NCBI GenBank assembly: GCA_018970945.1
Contig: JAGWVJ010000001.1
Location: 67,357 to 131,356 of the forward strand
Direction of reading: 5' to 3'
Length of the DNA: 64,000 nt
From: Cyanobacteria bacterium REEB417
GTDB lineage: Bacteria > Cyanobacteriota > Cyanobacteriia > PCC-6307 > Cyanobiaceae
Positions within the stretch are counted from its first letter, which is position 1. The number at the start of each line of letters is the position of its first letter. A program made the translations under genes and the position numbers. The notes beneath the pieces were generated by a model. That model was given only the letters and a program-made list of their open reading frames with translations, was not told the DNA's origin and did not search any database. Below are positions 58,311-64,000 of this stretch, piece after piece.

Positions 58311-59279
58311 TCAATCTGGCAACTCCAGCTGAGGCAACACCTGCCGGCACAGGGCCTCACTCACCTGCCAGAAGCGCTGGCCCAGGGCCCCATCCTGGGC
58401 CGCTGCCGCCATCGGCACGGCTTTGGGCCAGCCCTTGATGCCCCCCAGGTCGCTGGGACCGTAATGACCGCCGGGCGAGGCCTCCGGGGCCGTGAGCGCA
58501 AACAATTGGGGCAAGGCACCCTGCGCAGCGCTCTGAAACAGCGGTCCCATCAAGTCGTAGGCCAGGCGTTCCAGCCGGGAGCCGTTGGCGGCCACCGAGG
58601 TGGGTTGCAGGTTGGTGCGAGCCAGGCCGGGATGGGCCGCCGCCGACAGCAACCGGGGCTCACGGCGCTGGAGCTCCCGGGCGAACACCACATTGGCGAG
58701 TTTGCTCTGCCCGTAGGCCTTCCAGCGGTCGTAACGCCGCTCACCCTGCAGATCGTCAAAGTCGATCTGGCCGAAGTACTGAGCTCCGGAGGTGACCTGC
58801 ACAACGCGGGGGCTGGTGCTGGCCCGCAGCAGCGGCAATAGCAACCGCGTCAGGGCGTAGTGCCCCAGGTGGTTGACACCGAACTGCAGTTCGAAACCCT
58901 GGGCCGTGAGCGTGCGCGGCGGCGCCATCACCCCAGCGTTGTTGAGCAGCAAGTCAATCCGTTCGTAGCGCGCGTCCAGCTCTCCAGCAGCCTTGTGCAC
59001 GCTGGACAGATCAGCCAGATCGAGCTCGAGCACGTCAATCTGGGCTTCAGCCGATGCACCAGAACTCCCGCCATCCTCACGCTCCTCCTGCAACTGCCGC
59101 CGAGCCTGCTCAGCCTTGGCCAGCGAGCGGCAGGCCAGCACCACCGTGGCCCCCTTGGCCGCCAGGGCGCGGGCGCTCTCAAGACCCAGGCCGCTGTTGG
59201 CGCCGGTCACCAGGGCGATGCGGCCGCCCAGATCGGGCATGACAGCCGCCGTCCAACGCGGCGGAACCGTGGTCGTCAT
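58311..59279 (-). CDS. Short-chain dehydrogenase/reductase (retinol-DH/POR-like subgroup)
   Basis: ALVTGANSGLGLESA (TGxxxGxG), NNAG and YGQSK (YxxxK). Confidence 0.85.
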   Translation of the reverse strand: MTTTVPPRWTAAVMPDLGGRIALVTGANSGLGLESARALAAKGATVVLACRSLAKAEQARRQLQEEREDGGSSGASAEAQIDVLELDLADLSSVHKAAGELDARYERIDLLLNNAGVMAPPRTLTAQGFELQFGVNHLGHYALTRLLLPLLRASTSPRVVQVTSGAQYFGQIDFDDLQGERRYDRWKAYGQSKLANVVFARELQRREPRLLSAAAHPGLARTNLQPTSVAANGSRLERLAYDLMGPLFQSAAQGALPQLFALTAPEASPGGHYGPSDLGGIKGWPKAVPMAAAAQDGALGQRFWQVSEALCRQVLPQLELPD

Positions 59280-59429
59280 GCAGGGGCATCGACAATGGTC
59301 GGCACGCTAACGAGGGTGTCGTCGTGGGGCGGTGGCGGTGACGACCGCCAGAGCCAGCAGACCGATCAACCCCGCTCTGGCCACGAACCAGGCGGTGGCC
59401 AGGGCTGAGGTGAACCAACCAGTACCTCT

Positions 59430-61109
59430 TCAGGCGCTGCGGCTGTCCAGCAGGCTGGCGGCGTAGCTGCGGGCTTCCTGATGGTCGCCACCGGCAAGCT
59501 CTGCCAGTTCGAGCTGACGGGCGCGGATGTCCCGCAGGTGGGACACCCGCGTGTGGGTCATCCCGTCCTCGACCACCTTGCTGACCCGGTAGTGGTGATC
59601 GGCGGCCGCGGCCACCAGCGGCTGGTGGGTCACGCAGAACACCTGCCGCTGGGACGCCAGCCGCTGCAGCAGTTCGGCCATCGCACCGCTGACCCGGCCG
59701 CTGACACCGCTGTCGATTTCATCGAACAGCAGGGTGACGTGCCGGTCAGCCGCGGCCAGGCAGGTCTTGAGGGCCAGCAGAAAACGCGACATCTCACCGC
59801 CCGAGGCGACCTCGGCCAGCGGTGCCAGGGGCTGGCCCGGGTTGGCCGAAAATTGGAACTGCACCGCATCGGCGCCATCCTCGCCAGGGGCGCTGGGTTC
59901 CAGAGCCACGGCAAAACGCACATGGGTGAGGCCCATGGGACGCAGCGCCGCCATCAGCTGCTGCTCCAGCTGGGTGGCCGCAATGCGGCGAGCTTCGGTG
60001 AGGCGGGCATTGGCCCCATCGCGGCGGGCGCGGGCCTGGGCTTCGGCCGTTTCAAGCGCCGCGAGCGAGGCCTGGCCGCCGCCTGGGGCCAGCTGGTCGC
60101 GCAACTGATCGCGCAAGGTGATCAGGGCCTCCAGGTCCTGGCCGTGGCGGCGCTCGAGGGCCTTGAGCTGGGCCATGCGCTCCTGCAGGCGCGCCAGGCT
60201 CTCGGGATCGCTCTCCAGACCACTGCCGTAGCGATCGAGATCACGGGTCAGATCCTGAAGGGCCACCAGGGCGTCGCTGCAGGCCTGGGCCAGGGGACCT
60301 GCACCCGCCGGGTCCAGGGCGGCCATCTGGCCCAGCTCCTGCTCGCAGGCCGCCAGATGCTCGAGCGCCGAGGGCACCTCCTCGGCACCCTCCTGCAGCC
60401 GCCCCAGCAGGGTCATGACCCCGTCCTGCAGGCGCACGCCATGGGCGAGACGGTCCTGCTCGGCCTGCAGCCGCTGGCGCTCCTGCGGATCCTGCAGATC
60501 CGCGGCCTCGAGGTCGGCCAGCAGCTGCTCCTGCTGCTGGCGCTGCTGCTGCTGCTGGTCCCACTGCGTGCGGGCGCTCTGCAGGGCTGCGGCCGCCTGC
60601 TTCCAGGCACGAAAGGCCGCGGCCACGGGCTCCAGTGCCGCCGCCAGCGGTTCAGCCCCGAAGCGATCGAGCCAGCGGCGCTGCTGGCCTGGTCGCGCCA
60701 GCTGCTGGGTCTGGCCCTGCACGGTGAGATCCAGCAGCAACGGGCGCAGCTCCTGAATCTGCTGTCGGTTCACCGCCACACCATTGAGCCGATGACGGCT
60801 GCTGAGCCGATCCTCACTGAGCCGCCATTCGCGGCTCAGCAGGATCTCGCCCTCATCAGACTCCAGCTCCTGGGTCACCAACCAGCTGACCAGGGGCGGC
60901 GTCAGGCTGAAGCTGGCCTCAATCAATCCACGGTCACAGCCCTGGCGCAGCAGACGGGGTCCCGATCCCCCCAACAGGGCATCGAGGGCATCGAGCAGGA
61001 TCGATTTGCCGGCGCCGGTCTCGCCGGTGAGCACCGTGAACCCGGACGCAAAACCGATCTCCAGGGCTTCGATCAGGGCGATGTTCTCGAGCCGCAGACC
61101 GGTGAGCAC
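59430..61109 (-). CDS. recN: DNA repair protein RecN
   Basis: LTGETGAGKSILLDAL Walker A, long coiled coil, SGGEMSRFLLAL and LLFDEIDSG. GTG start. Confidence 0.93.
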   Translation of the reverse strand: MLTGLRLENIALIEALEIGFASGFTVLTGETGAGKSILLDALDALLGGSGPRLLRQGCDRGLIEASFSLTPPLVSWLVTQELESDEGEILLSREWRLSEDRLSSRHRLNGVAVNRQQIQELRPLLLDLTVQGQTQQLARPGQQRRWLDRFGAEPLAAALEPVAAAFRAWKQAAAALQSARTQWDQQQQQRQQQEQLLADLEAADLQDPQERQRLQAEQDRLAHGVRLQDGVMTLLGRLQEGAEEVPSALEHLAACEQELGQMAALDPAGAGPLAQACSDALVALQDLTRDLDRYGSGLESDPESLARLQERMAQLKALERRHGQDLEALITLRDQLRDQLAPGGGQASLAALETAEAQARARRDGANARLTEARRIAATQLEQQLMAALRPMGLTHVRFAVALEPSAPGEDGADAVQFQFSANPGQPLAPLAEVASGGEMSRFLLALKTCLAAADRHVTLLFDEIDSGVSGRVSGAMAELLQRLASQRQVFCVTHQPLVAAAADHHYRVSKVVEDGMTHTRVSHLRDIRARQLELAELAGGDHQEARSYAASLLDSRSA

Positions 61110-61211
61110 GGCAGTCTCCGCAGGCGCATCGCTGTTCGGCCCGACCGTAGCGGCTGTGGGTTTCGTTTAGAAGGGGGTCGGTGCTCCCCCTGAGCCGGCC
61201 CAGCACACACC

Positions 61212-63140
61212 ATGGTCACAACCAGTCCAGAAGCCACCGCTGGCGAGATCAGCGACTTCATCGAAGCGGCAGGCCTGCTCGAGTACGACCCGGCGGCGAT
61301 CACGCGGATCTATGCCGGTCACCCCGGACGGCTGATCAAACGTTTCTGGCAGACCCTTGTTCCCATTGGCCTGTACCTGCTGGGGGTCGGCTTTGACTGG
61401 TTGATCCAGCGGCTCAGGGACCCTGAGGTCGCCCGCGACCGCGCCAGAGAGGCTGCCGATCTGGTGGCCTCTCTGGGCCCCGCCTTCATCAAGGCCGGCC
61501 AGGCCCTGAGCACCCGGCCCGACATCGTGCCGCCACTGCTGCTCGAGGAGCTGGCCCAGCTGCAGGACCAACTGCCGGGATTTGATTCGGCCCTGGCGAT
61601 GGCCTGCATCGAAGAAGATCTGGGCGCATCGATTTCAGAGATCTATGCCCAATTGGATCCTGAACCGATCTCGGCCGCCTCCCTGGGACAGGTGCACCGC
61701 GGCGTGCTGCACAGCGGCGAAGCCGTCGCCGTGAAGGTGCAACGGCCAGGCCTGCGCGAGCAGATCACCCTGGATCTCTACATCGTGCGCAACATCGCCG
61801 CCTGGCTCAACCGCAACGTGGGCCTGATCCGCAGCGACCTGGTGGCCCTGATCGATGAGCTGGGCAAACGGGTCTTCGAGGAGATGGACTATTTCAACGA
61901 AGCCTCGAACGCCGAAAAATTCGCCCAGCTTCACGCCCACAACACCCGCATCGCCGTACCGCGCATCTACCGCGAGGCCACCAGCCGCCGGGTGCTCACG
62001 ATGGAATGGATCGACGGCGTCAAGCTGACCAACCTCGAGGCGGTGCGCCAGCTCGGCTTTGATCCCGACGACATGGTTCAGGTGGGCGTCGACTGCAGCC
62101 TGCAGCAGCTGCTGGAACACGGGTTCTTCCACGCTGACCCCCACCCCGGCAACCTGCTGGCCCTGGCCGACGGGCGCCTGGCCTACCTCGATTTCGGGAT
62201 GATGAGTGAGGTCAGCCGGGAGAGCCGCACCGGCCTGATCCAGGCGGTGGTCCACCTGGTCAACCGCAATTTCTCGAAGCTCTCCAAGGACTTCGTGAGC
62301 CTTGGGTTCCTCGCCGAAGACGTGAACCTCGAGCCGATCGTGCCGGCGTTTGAAACGGTGTTCGGCCAGGCCCTCGAGCAGGGCGTCAGCCGCATGGACT
62401 TCAAGGCCGTGACCGACGACCTGAGCGGGGTCATGTACCGCTTCCCATTCAGGGTGCCGCCCTACTACGCGCTCATCATCCGCTCCCTGGTGACGCTGGA
62501 GGGCATCGCCCTGAGCGTCGACCCCGACTTCAAGATCCTCGGTGCCGCCTACCCCTACTTTGCGCGGCGGCTGATGGAAGATCCCGACCCCTCGCTGCGC
62601 CAGAGCCTCAAGGAGATGCTGTTTGATGGTGAGGTGTTCCGTTGGCAGCGGCTGGACAACCTGGTGGCCAGCGCCGCCCAGGGCAGCCAGCTCGATCTCG
62701 AAGGCCTGCTCGACCAGGTGATCAGCTTCCTGTTTTCCGACAACGGCGGCCTGTTGCGCACCCAACTGGTCGATGCAGCAGTAGAGAACCTCGACGGGCT
62801 CGCCTGGCAGACCACACTCAACCTCAGTCGCCGGCTGCCGATGCGGCTGCAGGCCCTGCAGCCTCCGGGCCTCAGGCGCCAGGTTCAGGAGCTCAAGGGA
62901 GGCGAGATCGATCTGCTGCTCGACCTCGAACCGATCCGCCAGCTGCTAAGGATTCTGCAGACGCTGCCCGGGTTTGAGCCCCAGATGCTGATCAGCCGGC
63001 TGCCGCGGCTCCTGGCCGAACCGGGATTGCGCCGCATGGGACGCGACCTGGCCCGGGGTCTGGCCGAACGCAGCCTGGTGCGCCTGCTGCGCGATGTGCT
63101 GGTGGCGACAGCGCCAGAACGGGCCATGCAACCGGCCTAG
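61212..63140 (+). CDS. ABC1/UbiB-family atypical kinase
   Basis: FIKAGQALSTRPDI, PISAASLGQVHRG, AVKVQRPG and FFHADPHPGNL motifs. Confidence 0.88.
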   Translation: MVTTSPEATAGEISDFIEAAGLLEYDPAAITRIYAGHPGRLIKRFWQTLVPIGLYLLGVGFDWLIQRLRDPEVARDRAREAADLVASLGPAFIKAGQALSTRPDIVPPLLLEELAQLQDQLPGFDSALAMACIEEDLGASISEIYAQLDPEPISAASLGQVHRGVLHSGEAVAVKVQRPGLREQITLDLYIVRNIAAWLNRNVGLIRSDLVALIDELGKRVFEEMDYFNEASNAEKFAQLHAHNTRIAVPRIYREATSRRVLTMEWIDGVKLTNLEAVRQLGFDPDDMVQVGVDCSLQQLLEHGFFHADPHPGNLLALADGRLAYLDFGMMSEVSRESRTGLIQAVVHLVNRNFSKLSKDFVSLGFLAEDVNLEPIVPAFETVFGQALEQGVSRMDFKAVTDDLSGVMYRFPFRVPPYYALIIRSLVTLEGIALSVDPDFKILGAAYPYFARRLMEDPDPSLRQSLKEMLFDGEVFRWQRLDNLVASAAQGSQLDLEGLLDQVISFLFSDNGGLLRTQLVDAAVENLDGLAWQTTLNLSRRLPMRLQALQPPGLRRQVQELKGGEIDLLLDLEPIRQLLRILQTLPGFEPQMLISRLPRLLAEPGLRRMGRDLARGLAERSLVRLLRDVLVATAPERAMQPA

Positions 63141-63165
63141 ATTCAGCCGGTTCCCGAACGGATCG

Positions 63166-63765
63166 GTGGTGGGCAGATTGAACCTTCGGCGCCGGCTTCT
63201 GGGTGCCGGTCTGAGCGTTATCGCCCTGGCGCCGGTCGTGCAGATCCTGCCCGCTGCGGCCGCCGAGAACCTTGTGTTCGTCACCGGTGGTTTTCGCCGC
63301 TCGATCGCCGTCGCCGACCTCGAGCATCTGGCCGAAACAGGACAGGCCCGGGGGTTGCTGGCCGATGTGCTGGCCCTCAGCAAGCAGAACCCGGCCACGG
63401 TGGCCAAGCTGCTGAAGGGGTCGATCAGCCTGCCGGTCACCCTGGTGAGCCGCCTGCTCAACACCCGCATCGGCGAGGCGCTGTTGCAGCGGATCGGTCA
63501 GATCGTCTTTCCGCTCTATGCCCCGGCACAGAGCGTGCCGGCCCTGCGGGCCGGCCTGGTGCTGGGGGTCGTCGAAGGCAAGGGCTCGCTGTCGCCGATC
63601 TCGTTCTTCAAGGCCTACCCGACCCGGGAAATGGAAGTGAGCATCCCGGCACTGCTGAGCCTGATCAGCAAGGCCAGCTCGATCAGCGATCTGGTGCGCT
63701 ACTTCTCGGAATCTCCGCTCGATGGTCTCAAGGGCAGTGAACCGATGGTCGGTCCCAACCGCTGA
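63166..63765 (+). CDS. Secreted hypothetical protein, possibly DUF1400-like (GTG start assumed)
   Basis: Signal-like RLNLRRRLLGAGLSVIALAPVVQILPAAAA, then ENLVFVTGGFRRSIAVADLEHLAETG. Family assignment is from memory only. Confidence 0.45.
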   Translation: MVGRLNLRRRLLGAGLSVIALAPVVQILPAAAAENLVFVTGGFRRSIAVADLEHLAETGQARGLLADVLALSKQNPATVAKLLKGSISLPVTLVSRLLNTRIGEALLQRIGQIVFPLYAPAQSVPALRAGLVLGVVEGKGSLSPISFFKAYPTREMEVSIPALLSLISKASSISDLVRYFSESPLDGLKGSEPMVGPNR

Positions 63766-63843
63766 GGCGGTCGCCACGGAGCCGCGCCGTAGATTCGGCC
63801 GAGTCCTCCCTGCTGTGCCGTGCCCCTGCTCCGATCCCTGCGG

Positions 63844-64000
63844 ATGTTGGGCGCGAAGCGGGTGCATCAGGACTGGCCAGGGCTGATCGAGGCCTACCGC
63901 CGCTGGTTGCCCGTCAGCAGCTCCACCCCGGTGATCACCCTGCGTGAAGGGGCGACACCGCTGATCCCGGCCCCGAGCGTGGCGGAGCGCATCGGCAGGG
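63844..64000 (+). CDS. thrC: Threonine synthase (5' part; continues beyond the window)
   Basis: MLGAKRVHQDWPGLIEAYRRWLPVSSSTPVITLREGATPLIP. Confidence 0.8.
   Translation, partial: MLGAKRVHQDWPGLIEAYRRWLPVSSSTPVITLREGATPLIPAPSVAERIGR

Noticed and set aside
59307-59429. A 40-codon open frame continues in the recN frame directly after its TGA stop. It encodes a hydrophobic segment (…WFTSALATAWFVARAGLIGLLALAVVTATAPRRHPR). This could be a read-through extension or a separate 25-aa GTG-initiated membrane peptide.
   Set aside because: There is no ATG, no recognisable RBS and no family resemblance. Ala/Leu/Val-rich open frames arise easily by chance in GC-rich spacers. It would be worth checking only if Ribo-seq data exist.
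60520-60570. CAG/CTG-rich run encoding QQQQQRQQQEQ in RecN, and a similar Leu run at 14080-14110.
   Set aside because: This is ordinary low-complexity coding sequence within a coiled coil or TM helix, not an independent repeat element.

Overview
This is a GC-rich chromosomal segment. Its gene content (urtABCDE, ureDABC/ureEFG, psbQ/CyanoQ, Tic20-like, sucrose-phosphate synthase, group-2 sigma factor, phytol-kinase-like) points to a picocyanobacterium of the Synechococcus/Cyanobium type; that taxon call is inference only. Most of the window is densely packed housekeeping: queE/queC, pabB/pabC, urea uptake and urease, cobA/cbiX, ppk1, DAHP synthase, acnB, purU, dnaK, aroE, rpsF, argG, mraY, purT, uvrA, recN, an ABC1 kinase and the thrC start. 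Several short accessory insertions sit in this backbone, and three look clearly less GC-rich by eye (GC not computed).

- 1..2450: a partial C39-peptidase ABC exporter preceded by two tandem double-glycine-leader peptide genes, found by reading the sequence rather than from the full-length track ORFs.
- 3273..3794: an ecotin homologue with Arg at the predicted P1 position, wedged between queE and queC.
- 13385..14856: an ATPase-less MlaE/MlaD-like pair that splits ureEF from ureG.
- 19513..20388: a leaderless PD40/TolB-like beta-propeller gene in a lower-GC stretch.
- 20513..23798: a circularly permuted ATP-grasp / alpha-E / transglutaminase triad, followed by a degenerate-GGDEF/EAL protein and a cupin.
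- 35895..36584: a DUF1211/TMEM175-like membrane protein in a lower-GC stretch.

Non-coding signals seen directly in the sequence:
- a near-consensus CIRCE (HrcA operator) palindrome in front of a 107-aa hypothetical gene rather than a chaperone gene;
- a perfect and an imperfect NtcA-type site upstream of urtA;
- several strong hairpins;
- a 3-copy tandem repeat in which two convergent genes both terminate.

I recognised no rRNA, tRNA, CRISPR array, transposase or integrase. The most promising candidate for an undescribed system is the exporter-linked GG-leader peptide pair. The CIRCE-controlled hypothetical gene, the ATP-grasp triad and the orphan Mla pair come next.

Many long track ORFs are antisense or out-of-frame artefacts of the high GC content and were ignored. 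All family assignments rest on motif recognition by eye, and no searches were run.
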